64,000 nucleotides of DNA from Microthyrium microscopicum (lineage: Eukaryota), in the NCBI GenBank assembly GCA_010405405.1, contig MU004239.1, positions 124,001 through 188,000 of the forward strand, written 5' to 3'. Made by a program: the position numbers and the translations under genes. Positions 1 to 11,432 of the stretch are shown piece by piece (position 1 is the first letter of the stretch; every line of letters begins with the position of its first letter). The notes beneath the pieces were generated by a model. It made no database searches, was not told where the DNA came from, and saw nothing but the letters and a program-made list of their open reading frames with translations.

Positions 1-1173
1 AAGTTGTGGAAAAGCTCCGTAGTCTCTATCAAACTCAAAATATTGCTTGCCTCTTGTCATTGCCAAGGTGAAGTGAGGAACTTTGAGCTTCTGAAGGGCA
101 TCATACTCCGGCCAAAAATCCTCTAGGTGTTCCCTTCGCATCTTAGGAACTGCTTCTTCTTTGATCTCCCACTCGTCGCTGACAGGATCTACGAAGAAGT
201 CACCGGGATCAAACCACGGGTGTGCTGGAAGCTCTGGTTCGTCCTCAGAGTCTTCATTGGTGTTCACCAGCTTAGGTAGTCTGAAGGAGAGGACGATACG
301 AAGATGCTGCAGTGATGGGAACATGTCGAAATCTTTGATCTGGTATTTGAATTTTTGCTGACGACCAGGAGACAATTCCATATCTTTGAGATTCAGGCTG
401 TCCCATATGTCCAGGTAGCTCACCATCTGACATCCTGAGGGTCCAAGAAAGTCCACGAAATATGGAAGAGCAGGAAGATAGTCTAGTGTAAAAGCACGCA
501 TCCCGAATAGTACCGGTAAAGCTTCATAGCGAAATTGCCGCGAGGTTCGCAATAGAGGATCCGACAGGTAGAACGACAAATCTTGGCTGCCGTAGTTCAG
601 TATGATCTTCGGAACGACTTTCTTCTCTCGGTCCTTAAATACGGTATGGGCCTCTTGAGGATGTCTTGGTCTGTCATCCAAGTAGCTATTGAAGTGGTAT
701 TTGTATATTTGGATGCGTATTTCCAACGGAAGGCGTAAGAGATATTGCGTTATCGATGATTTACTACATGGGGTTTCGACGGCCCCACCATAAGATTCAA
801 CAATAAAGAGTCGGTTATACAGTCTTCGAGACCCTTCCGGAAATTTTAGCAACCATTCATCGGCGGCATTGTTTTCTTCCCAATAGTCTGTATCGGCGCA
901 CGATTCCATGTCATTGTAGCCATCATCGAAATCATCAACTTCGAGGGCTCGGCTTGCGCTTCTCCATGTGCCATTGGAGGCGGCGTCTTCGGATGAAGTG
1001 TCGTCGTCTGAGGAGTCTTCAGGTGGAGCATCATTTGGTAAGGCCGTTCCTGTCGCTTCCTCCAAAGAATCCTCATCGCTGGAGGACTCTTCTTCGCTGG
1101 AGGATTCTTCGTCTTCTTCGTCATTGTTGATGGATACCACGACTGCGGGTGGAACAGTTCTTCGGTGGCTCAT
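1..1173 (-). CDS. F-box-like motif hypothetical protein (3' end runs off the window)
   Basis: Manual translation from ATG 1173 (MSHRRTVPP) stays open to position 1. It has an acidic Ser-rich N-terminus, then YLLRLPLEIRIQIYKY and LLRTSRQFRYEALPVLF, typical of fungal F-box-like proteins. Not in the ORF track because there is no stop in the window. An upstream exon is possible. Confidence 0.7.
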   Translation of the reverse strand, partial: MSHRRTVPPAVVVSINNDEEDEESSSEEESSSDEDSLEEATGTALPNDAPPEDSSDDDTSSEDAASNGTWRSASRALEVDDFDDGYNDMESCADTDYWEENNAADEWLLKFPEGSRRLYNRLFIVESYGGAVETPCSKSSITQYLLRLPLEIRIQIYKYHFNSYLDDRPRHPQEAHTVFKDREKKVVPKIILNYGSQDLSFYLSDPLLRTSRQFRYEALPVLFGMRAFTLDYLPALPYFVDFLGPSGCQMVSYLDIWDSLNLKDMELSPGRQQKFKYQIKDFDMFPSLQHLRIVLSFRLPKLVNTNEDSEDEPELPAHPWFDPGDFFVDPVSDEWEIKEEAVPKMRREHLEDFWPEYDALQKLKVPHFTLAMTRGKQYFEFDRDYGAFPQL

Positions 1174-1637
1174 ATCGGCACCGGAGCAAGCACGAAGCTA
1201 AAGAAACAAATATGGAGATAAAAACTTCTGGAGCTGTCTGGTTGAAGTCAATGTGTGGGAGAGTGTTAGGTGTGCTCCTGACAGGGATGCTATCGCGAAC
1301 TAGACGCGTTGGCTCCACAAAAAATTCGTACCTTGTTTCTATTAGGCTAGCCTGATTTCAACATCTACTTTTTCATCCTCACTCCAAGAGAAGCAGCCTA
1401 GGTCTCCAATTAGAAAGAAAGCAGCACAGGAAGACACTGCAGCATTAGTGAAAAGAGAAGCTCGTAAAGCAGTGCTACAAGAGCAATTCAATTCTAGTGA
1501 TTTGATGGCTGGCTGGCTTCTTTCCATCATCAATGAGATTGAGCAGAGGAAAAATTGAATCAATGAAGTTGCATAAAACCAAATCGAGGAAAGCAGTACA
1601 TTCTAAATTAGCCACTGGCAAAGCAGATACTTGAAAT

Positions 1638-1769
1638 TAAGTAAGTAAGTAAGTAAGTCAGTAAGTAAGTAAGTAGGTAGGTAGGTAGGTAGGTAGGTAG
1701 GTAGGTAGGTAGGTAGGTAGGTAGGTAGGTAGGTAGGTAGGTAGGTAGGTAGGTAGGTAGGTAGGTAGG
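1638..1769. repeat. Compound tetranucleotide microsatellite (TAAG)~9(TAGG)24
   Basis: Directly visible; one TCAG variant unit. Confidence 0.98.
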
Positions 1770-2048
1770 AAGAGAGGCATCCTCGTGATCTCCTTTGAGA
1801 TCATACTAGAGTATCATTGCCATAAGGACTGCTTGCATTTTCTATGTCAACTTTCCTACAACTTTTGCTCTTCAGCACACAGTACCAGACAAGAAGATGA
1901 TCCGAAACGACTGTCCAATTCCCAACGGGTCAAAGACACATTGATAACACCGAAACTATCGTCAGCAGCCCGGAAACATGGATCCATTGGTCTTCTCAGC
2001 ATGGACTGACAAACTCAATCATTTTCCATGCACGTTAAAAGTGCCCGC

Positions 2049-2706
2049 TTAGCAAGTTCGCCATTGGAGAGACACAGTCGCGTTACTAACAGTGACACTT
2101 CCAGCAACCTGCGCATTCCTATTCGCCAATGCAACAGAGTTAACATCCAAAAGGGAATCCCCGCCACCACAAGGCGACCAAACAGTATCCGCAGCGCTCG
2201 GGGTATACACAGCGCTATACCCGCCATTATACGGCCCAGTCAACGTAGTACTCCAAGTGATCTAAGCTCAACGTCAGGCAACTATCACGTCTATAGACAA
2301 CACAACATACCTGTGGCGTTCCTCCAGAAAAGTACGATAGTCCGCTTGGGGTAGCTGTGCCACCAGCATCAAGGGAAGCAGCGCCTGCGTATGAGACGCT
2401 GCTCACAGAATACTGGTAGTTGTCTGGATAGGCAATGTCAAAGACGAATTGGCAGTTGTGGCGACTGTCTGATATGCTTATGCCTGGGCCGGTTTTGCCG
2501 GAGAGGACGGGGTAAACAAGGGTCAGGGAGTCAACTCCGCCGGACCATGAGGCGTCGGTGTCTCCTGCGCAGCCACTTCCCGCAAAGATGGGAGGTTGTG
2601 CCATGGAGGCACCTGGTGGTGCTGCTGCAATGGAAGAGGTTATTGGTGTCGCGGAGACTAAAAGGGCATAGGAGGAAACAACTTTGAATAGAAATTGGGC
2701 AGCCAT
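2049..2706 (-). CDS. Secreted DUF4360-like protein
   Basis: Signal-like MAAQFLFKVVSSYALLVSA, then GSGC, SRHNCQ, YQYSV and YFSG motifs. Intron 2262-2310 (GTATGT..TTAG) joins the two ORFs in frame. Confidence 0.75.
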
Positions 2707-3808
2707 TATCAATGAGTTTGGGTTTGATAGAGGATTGGGTTTTGATTGAATATAGTTGAAATTTGATGATATTCGAAGCTTTTCAGCTGATTTGAGGAAG
2801 TATTTATACATGTTCTCTGGTCGTTGTTAGATATTCATCTTACACGATACTTCTCCGCAACTTCGTATAACTTTGTATGATGGGATTCAACCAAGCGGGA
2901 GGATTCGGTCCAGCAAGTGAATGCGGAAGGTTCAAAGGTACGAATCCATTGACCGTTTGCATGGATTTCGACGTCCAATTTTAAAAAGAGAGAATAACCC
3001 GATCCATGATTGACGAGGCAGGACATTTTGGAGAGCCAGTAGTAGCTCCCGAGTAATTGGAAGAGATGTTGTCCAAAGCTTGTTTCGACACTTTGGGTCA
3101 ACTGTAGTTCATGAGCAGTTACCCCTGGCAATATGCAATGCGACGGTCACGGAATGGGTCCGGAAAGAGCTGATCCTTCCGGGCAGATCTACATGTACGG
3201 TCATGACTCTGTCAAAAACCTCCGAAGCTTGCAAGAGAAATATGCATTGTATTCCAGTTAACAGCGCCAAAAACCAAGTCAAGACCCCAATTCATCAGTT
3301 TACCGGCACTATATGGACTGCAAGTATGCGAAGGATTTCTCAGAAGACGTTGAATCCGGGGGATGCGAGATATTTTCTTGCATTTCTACGAGAACTTGTT
3401 GATTTTGAGTCAAAAGACTTGACTAGATCCCTCGACTGTATGACTAAAAGCATGCAAATGTGATTGTTTTGCGGAGTTTACTCCTGATTCTACCATACGT
3501 ACAGGAAACAAGTTCGGGGTGATTGACGACCTAGAGTACGAAGGTCCACATGTCAGCCAACTCTTTCACAGAACGAGAGTTGTAATGAGTAAGGAAAGGT
3601 ATTGCTTAAAAACGTCTCATAATCATTCAATTATATACGCCTACAGGACCTGTGCAATGAGCAGCCCCCAACACCAATGCCGCCGACACGAAAAGCCCCC
3701 TGACGCCGACACCAAAATCCCATTTCAACAAATCTGGAATGTCGATCAGACCAGCCATAGTATAGAAGTACAAGATGAGAAACGCAGAGAAACCAGTGAG
3801 AGAAAGAC

Positions 3809-5599
3809 CTATGCCTTTGACTTTTTCTTCTTCTTCGGCTTCTCCTCGTTCTCATCCGCCTTGCGCTTCTTACCGCTCTTCGATTCTTTTTTCGCCTCTT
3901 TTTTCGCCTTCTTCTCTTCTTTATGCGCCTCACGAGCAGCCTTGGCTTTCTTGTAGGCTTTCTTGTCTGTCTTTTTGAGTGCTTTGAGCTCATCCTTGGA
4001 AAGGATTTTGGATGTGCCGTTGACTGCCTTGACTGCTGGTGCTTCGTCATCTGAGTCTTCGGAGTCATCGTCTGAGTCTTCAGCGCCAGCTTTGGCATCA
4101 TCGAGCTCCATAGCTGAGCTTCCAGCTGCGGCTGCTGCTTCCTGTGGAATGCCATCCGCGGCAGCGTTATATTTCCGAGCTGGCTTGACCTCGAACTTGC
4201 CGGGCTTAGCTAGACTTTGTTCTGCAGGTGCAATGGCAGCGCCTTTGCCTGTGATGGGTCGACCTTCTAGATCAGCGAGCTTGCGTTCGACGTAAGCGCG
4301 CCCACGATTTCCTATAAATGTGCGTGCTTCTTCTGTCAATTCTTCGCCTTGACCGTCAACAGTATCTCCTATATTAAGTTAGTTCAACATCTTTGAAAAC
4401 GTTACGACCACACGCGGTGTCATGGTGACAATGGGGTTTTTGTCGTTTAGGGGTCTCTTACCCATGGCGTCAACACGAAGACCAAGAGCTGCCTTCGCTG
4501 CGAGTATACGGGCAACTTTGCCCTTGTTTTTGCCGGTAGCTTGACCGATCAGTGATGCGTGGTAAATGAGACCGTACTTGGGAGTATCGTGTTTTGTCTT
4601 GAGAGCGCGGAAAAGCGCCTTCTCAGCTCCAAGAATTTGTATCGTGCTAGCAGCGCTCTTAGATAGACTGGTGAGGCTTCCAGCGTGTGAGATAAGACGG
4701 GCGCCGACTAAATCGCCGACTAGAGCAGTCAGATTTGGAGCAATTGCCTTCATTCGCGCGGAGAGATATGTGGAGAGAAGGGTGCGGTATTCCGTGAGCT
4801 CGACTACTTGCTCTGCAAGAGAGTCAATTGTGATCATATCTTCTTCAGTGATTTCAGTTCCCATGGAGGTTTCCGCGCCAGCTTTGATTGCGCCTTCGAG
4901 CTCTTCTGGAAGAATATCGCTGAGGTCGGACGTAGAGAAGTTTGATCGCATGCCTACTTTGAGGATCACGCGAGCATATGCAAGGTTGTCGTTGAGGATT
5001 TTTGCCATCTCTGGGAAATGCCACCCATACCACTCCTTTACTCTCATTGCGTATGTATTGAGTTCTTTATCGAGATCGTCGAGGAGAGATATTGCCTGGA
5101 TGATCATGGTGTCGACCTTATCGGCAGAGAATTTAAGCTTGTGCCGCGAAAGCGAATGCGAAAGACCAAGGGACATTGTGGAAATTGCGGATGGAGTGAG
5201 ATTCGGGAGAAGCGAGGGAAGATGTTCTCGAATAGCGCGATGGATATCGAGTGAGACCGAGTCGGAGACTGCTTTGATTGAAATTCCTGGGAGCTTTTTA
5301 ATAGCAGTTCCAAGTTTAGAATCTGCAACAACAAGTGAAGCCTTCTTTTCGTCCTTGAGAATATCCAGTAGCCCTGCAAGCATAGGTGTGACTTTGCCTT
5401 CACCAATAGCCATGGCCTCCTCGACGGCAGCATTTGCACCTTCGAAACCAGCCCATTTTTTTAATTTAAACGACTTGACGGTATCGTCGACGGAGCTGGC
5501 GAGGTCCTGCAGATCAGAGCGCTCCAGGATCTTCTTGTCGGAGGCTTTGAAGAGGGCAAAGCCGCAGCTTGTCTCGGAAAGAACGAAGACAGGGGCCAT
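3809..5599 (-). CDS. NOP58: Box C/D snoRNP protein Nop58
   Basis: [62 protein letters not shown] and a KKE/D-rich tail. Intron 4369-4461. Confidence 0.97.
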
Positions 5600-6562
5600 C
5601 GTGTGGTGTTTCTTGAGACCTGATTCTTGATTGTTGAGAAGGGTCGTTGGAGAATCAAGCAACAAGAGGTTGGAGTGGGGGAAAGAAATGTCCAGGAAAT
5701 TTTTTTATTTGCGAAGGTTGTTGAGAGCTCTTGGCACGGTAGAGCATGTGGTCCGTGCATATTCTCGACCTAAACCACCAAGATATAACATCTCAAGTAT
5801 CGTCTCCTGAGCTCCTCCAAAAGCCCCTCTGAAAGTTTACATGTCCACAAAGGATCGTGTAATCGCAGACTTCTTCCTCGTGTGGTAGTTGTAAACACTG
5901 CAAATGGCTTCAATTGAGCTACTTGGCTGCCCTGCTTCGTTGCATGCGCTATCATCAGCTTTAGGCCAATCCAGCGCTGTGATCAGGAGTCGCTTACTCT
6001 CGAAATTCAAGCATACAAACGTAGACATGCTCATCGCTGAGTCGTTAACATCGGGATGGTTCTTTGAACGCTAATAACATACAGACATGGTTTTGGTGGA
6101 TGACCATATATATGGAATAAGTCGAAGACTTCTTGATTTGTTGTGCATATCCATCACAGCCTGCTTTGGTTGACCGCTGGAACCATGCATTAACCAAGAA
6201 CAATAATACTATCCAAGGATAAAGCAAATTCACCTCAGCATGGCCTGAAATACATAGCGTGCGGCAACTGTCAGTTGATTTTTGAGGTATTTGGGACATA
6301 AGCATTGTTCACGGATAACCCAAGTTGATAACAAAGACATGTCACTGGAGCCTCATGCTAAGTGACATCCAGCCAGCATGTCAAATCACCACACTGCCAC
6401 TTACAAGAAGCTTAAAAATCCAAGTTGAACTCCTCGAAGTCCATATACCACAGTACCAGGCACTCAGTGGAGTCATCAGCCATACTGCTTCCAAAAGCAT
6501 ATTTGACCACTAGTCTCACTACAAAACCTGGTATTGATCACACCACCAATCCCTCGTAGTTT

Positions 6563-7600
6563 ATGCGATTAGAAATGGAACTTGTCGAACCACAAACACT
6601 TTTTGAGGGAAATAGACCAGCCGTCTTGAACATGAGCACCATCGATCGAAATAGGATTCTCATCATTCCAGATAGTCGCGATGAGCAGGAAATCATCCAA
6701 TATACCAACTATGCCGACCTGGGACGGTTCCATCTCGGCTTCGTAGCAACAATCTTTCTTGTAGATGCAAAGGCGTCTTCGCATCTCTTTACCAGCGGGA
6801 GCCAAAATTTCCTCCAAAAGTGTGGACCAGCCAAGTCCTGGATACACGGCGGGTCAGACGGCTCGTGGCACAAAGTAGCCAAAGATATCATTCAACTCGG
6901 AGCTGCATTGGGCTTCAGTATTGAGTTTGTCCTGCTTTTGACCGCCATGAAGATCCCAGGACTTGCGCCAGTCACCGATCATGCGTGCCAAACGTTGCTC
7001 TTAGCTCCACCGCTTGCGAAAGATGGGTTGACACCTCTCACTTCACAGCCATATTTCATGTATCCTGGCAAGCCAGACAAATTGGACCACATGTCAGGCT
7101 GGAGTCCCATAGCAAGAGATGGCGAGGAAGCGCGCTTGCAGTTATGGAAACAACTCAGTCAAATCGACTTGGTAGCTACGGCCGACAAGAAGATTTGGGA
7201 ACCAATACTTATACGATACTATCAGCGACTAGGCGAGGACCCGTATGCTATTTATCCGAATATTTTACAGAGTCTGGCAACGGATGCGCGTCTTCAATCA
7301 AACATCCAGAGTCTCCTTTGGGGCATAGCCGATAGCTTGCTAGGCCAGGCTCATGATATCCAACATTGCTCTGGGGATTCTGGATATATTCTCTGGGTCC
7401 CCAAAGGCTTTCCTTACCGGAATCCAAAAGCAATGATGAACGAGAAGAAGCGTGTGCTTAAGGCACTCGACATGCTCCCCAAAGACCACGATGAAAATGA
7501 GATGCTTGCGGCGTTGAAGGGCTTCACGACCCAGGATATTGTGGACGACCACGAGGTGGATGTACTTGAGGGACTTTCAAAGCTGTATCTGAGAGAGTAG
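6563..7600 (+). CDS. Hypothetical protein (345 aa)
   Basis: Long ORF with globular composition. No family recognised; 5' exons possible. Confidence 0.6.
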   Translation: MRLEMELVEPQTLFEGNRPAVLNMSTIDRNRILIIPDSRDEQEIIQYTNYADLGRFHLGFVATIFLVDAKASSHLFTSGSQNFLQKCGPAKSWIHGGSDGSWHKVAKDIIQLGAALGFSIEFVLLLTAMKIPGLAPVTDHACQTLLLAPPLAKDGLTPLTSQPYFMYPGKPDKLDHMSGWSPIARDGEEARLQLWKQLSQIDLVATADKKIWEPILIRYYQRLGEDPYAIYPNILQSLATDARLQSNIQSLLWGIADSLLGQAHDIQHCSGDSGYILWVPKGFPYRNPKAMMNEKKRVLKALDMLPKDHDENEMLAALKGFTTQDIVDDHEVDVLEGLSKLYLRE

Positions 7601-8190
7601 AGAGCATGGTTAGAGCGGAATTTTGCAACCCCAATAGCAAAAGAGGCGGCTAAGACATGTTCATGAAACCACTATAAGGTATCTCCTCTGGGTAGTGCAA
7701 GTCTTTGATATATTGCCTTTCCTTTCGAGCCCCAATTGTCCTGCATGGCATTGATCCGATTGATCCTTCCAGCTAAATCTAAATATGTAGTGCATTTCCT
7801 TCTGTTCCAAAGTCCAAAATTTGATACAAACCAGCCACCTCATGATCAATGTCAACTAGGCGACAAAATAGGTGGCACGCTTCCATCATCTACCATCAGC
7901 TACACCTCATTTCGAGGTAGTTTATTTTCTATTCAATGCGTGTAATACTCGATTGCCCATCGGATGCGGTGGGAATCAAAGTAGCTGTTTTTTAAGAAGT
8001 GCAATGGGAGACAGCATACTTGCTGAGAACACGCCATATACGTGTCACCCGGTTGGATATCAAGGAATGAAATGGAACTAGTCAAAGGAATAATAATATA
8101 TGATCGAGGTTAGAAATGAATTGATTAGAACTAGAAAGTGAATAAACGCCCAATGCAACATTTACGTTGGCGCACACCGTCTCTTAAGTT

Positions 8191-10819
8191 CTAGCTATGG
8201 AGTTTATGACGCCAGTGACTTCTTTGCTTAGCTTTTACTACGGTTCTTATGTCTTCAGGTTTCATGCCCGCAACGATATATTCTGGGCCCTGCGATTCAG
8301 GCGGCCACGACCAGCTGTCTTTGTTGATTGCCCGCAATTCCTGTAACTTATAGTAGTGTTGCATCATGCGACTCTCCGCGACAGTCTGTCGACTGCGAGC
8401 CCAAATGAATATTCCAAGAGTATACACATTGAATGCTAGCATCCACAGCCGCAAGTTCGTAGCCAGTTCAGCAAGTTCGTCAACATCATGCTCGGCTCGC
8501 TTTTGATCTCTGATCTGCGGCAATCGAAACCGGGACTCCTCGTCAACTCCTGTAACATCGAGTGCTCTCTTCAAAGCTCGCACACGGGCACGACTAGCAT
8601 TGTCGTTTACGCGTTGCTTCAGAGGTCCGCAAGCCTCACAGATACAATCAAAGTCCCAATTTCGCAGTAAAGTCCGGCGTGCACGCGTGGCATTCAGAAT
8701 ATCAGCAAATGCAAGGTAACATAGCGTTAACTCTGTGCCTTGAAGCGGAATGTCCACTGTTGTTCGAACACGCACGCCTTGCGCTGCGTGTACCTCGATA
8801 TCGCAATTGGGCATGCATGAATGATTGAAAAAGCTAGCCCGCCAGAAGACGCTCACGATCTCCTCACTTGCGTCCCGGGAGTCAGGGCGGTTATCCATAT
8901 CAGGGGACCAGTAATTAGTGCGAGCACGCATTTCTGCCGATCCACCTGACGGTGCGAGCTGTCGTAAACGGCGGAGTTGATATTTTGAGAGCGCGTTGTA
9001 GGCTGAAAGCATACTTTGGTCGGACTCGTTGTTCCATTCGAGGAGAGAGCGCTCAGCGAATAGGATGGAGCCGGCTGGAATGTGAGGAAGTAATGAAAGT
9101 ACACCGCGACCCTTGAAAGGAATTGCAACGACTGCAGCGTATTTGGAAAGATTGAAGGGCAAGCTGAGCTTATCGTCTTCTAAAGGAATGTCGAGAACTG
9201 TAGTGTCTAGTGGAGAGAAGTTTGATTTGTTTTTTTGCTTAGGTTTTATGTTTGGTCGTTCGATATTTTTCGCGCCAAGTTCCTTGAGTTTTCTCTTGCT
9301 GCTAGTAACAACGCCTACCGGCGGTGCCTGCTCGTTGATCGACGGGGTTGACTATAGTACAAATTAGATTCGAGAGAAACCTGACAGTTGCTAATGTAGC
9401 TTACGGTTGAGGCTGCGGAGTGAACATCTGCATTACTGCCCCAGCTATTCTGCCCAGAAGAGAAGTTGGCGCCTGCGGGACGGGATTGTCTAAAGTCAAA
9501 TTAGCACTTGATCCACGTAATGGTGATGACAGTGGTGACCGACGAGACGACCTAGTGGGACGGGATGGGGTACTGTGACGCTTTCGGGAGGATTTTGACC
9601 TTGGGGTTTTTTGATTGCTCGCCGGAGATGAGTCGTCAGTCTCCCATTCAGGAGTACGAGGGCCTGATTCATCGGTTAGTAAAGGATCAATCAATGGTAT
9701 TAGAACCTCGCGATAAGTGTCGTTGACAGAACAGGTATATTGCTGCAGAGCAACAGTGAAGTTCATGCTACTTGCGAAGGTATAGACAATTCCAGGGAAC
9801 TTACTGCCATTTGGACCTAACGTGACCTTTCTTCTCCATTTTTTCCCCTTTGGCTTATTCTCATTGCGCAGATCAAGCTCCGCTGACTTTTCCGAATTCA
9901 TAGCATCGTCCGAACTCGATTCCGAGACGCGTTTGTTATCTGAGCTATCTTGAGAGTCTTGCGCCTGAGTTAAAAGTGGCGCAAAGAACCTATCCGTCGC
10001 TTTATCAACACGTAGTGCCTTTTTGACTTGATTGTGGAGACTGTTTGTCTTCTTTACACTAGCCCGCGGGATTCTTTCTTTGGTCGACGGCCGTTTGGTT
10101 GTTTTCTTAGGCGCAAGCTTGGAAGACTGTGAAGGCCTGCCTCGCTTGCCAACGGCGCCAGATGGCGTGACATGAGAAGTATTGGCAGCAGTCTTTCCCT
10201 TTGCACTCTTTTTGGGGCTTTTGCCTTTGCCTTTCCGTTCTTGGGCGGCAATCGTTGGGCTCTCCTCATCTTTTGGCTTAATACCGCTATAACCAGTCGG
10301 TCTTATATTTTTCAGAGGCTTGGCATTAGCCTTTGGCGTCGAGTGTTCTGACGATGAATCTCCATTTTCGATTTGCTGTTTCTTTGCTTTGAGTTTGTTC
10401 AAAAGCGTAGTTTTGCCTTTAGAGATTTTGGGATCCTTTGTGGCCCTTTTCGCTATTTTACGCTTAGGTGAGGACGGGGGAGGACTTGGGTCTTTTCCCT
10501 GATTACGAAGTGATCTGCGCACTCCCGGCGTAGGCGCTGGAGTCGTTGGAGTCGTTGGATTTGATGGAGAGTCCCTACTCTGTAAAGCCTTGGTAGTTTT
10601 GACTGCTGTGGCCGCTTTGGTTGCTTTGGTTGCTTTGGACTTGCGAGGAGCTGCCTTGCTTTGTGAAGTCTTGGGAGTTTTGGCTACTTTGGACTTGAGA
10701 GGAGCTGCCTTGCTTTGTGAAGTCTTAGTAGTTTCAGCTACTTTGGCCTTGGAGGCAGCTGCCTTCTTCGTCGTCTTTGCTGCGATCTTTTTGGCAGCTG
10801 TCTTTTTCTTTGGAGCCAT
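8191..10819 (-). CDS. SET-domain protein with long Lys/Ser/Thr-rich N-terminus (splice model uncertain)
   Basis: KGRGV..GSILFAE, FNHSCMPN, ELTLCY and post-SET FDCICEAC in ORF 8191-9162. That frame has no ATG before the SET N-terminal motif and opens at an acceptor at 9352, so it needs the upstream MAPKKK ORF. Probable in-frame intron 9664-9804. Confidence 0.7.
10636..10745 (-). repeat. 54-bp coding tandem duplication (KVAxTxKTSQSKAAPxKS x2)
   Basis: GGAGCTGCCTTGCTTTGTGAAGTCT occurs at 10647 and 10701. Confidence 0.9.
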
Positions 10820-11432
10820 TGCACTGAAATTTGACTTAGTGTAGAACAATTGGGAATGACGAGGAAACCGTTTGAGAGTAAACAATAAGAATTCGAGATG
10901 ATCGTGTGCTTAGTGAGAGCGCACGAAGTTGATAACCAAGAGACATGATGAAAGAAGGTCATTGCAATGTCGTTTGCAGCAAATATTCTTGTCTGATTTC
11001 GTATCATGGCAATTCAAGGTACACGGTACAATTGAAACCAACACTGGAGACAAAGCCGCATCCTAATAAATCCACCAGATTGCCGCAAGCGACCACAGGG
11101 ATATGGAACTTATCAGATTAATCAGTTACAAGTCTGTTCTCGGGCACTGACTTCTGCAAAGAGGCTTTGGTGGAAGTTCATCCTAGCATATTCATCCCGC
11201 AGGTAGTGATATACTTTTGATAGCCGTGGATCTCGTAAAGAACTGTATTCGTTGACTACTCAAGTGATTCCGTCACGGAAAAGATATGATTTCTTGTCCA
11301 CTGCTTTGTCAATTATGGCTTAACTCTCAAGAGGACATTGCTAGACTTACCATGGTACTCCACCGCTTCCAGTTTGGTTCACACGATTGCGGAATAAGAA
11401 CATAGCCATAGTATGGCATGAATCCTAGCTGC

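Noticed and set aside
1638..1769. Telomere or CRISPR interpretation of the TAGG array
   Set aside because: Not TTAGGG, internal position, and no spacers.
4566..5630. 354-aa ORF antisense to NOP58
   Set aside because: Codon-bias shadow of a conserved gene; no recognisable motifs.
11110..11118. SreA-like ATCTGATAA site
   Set aside because: Single short match with no iron-uptake gene adjacent.
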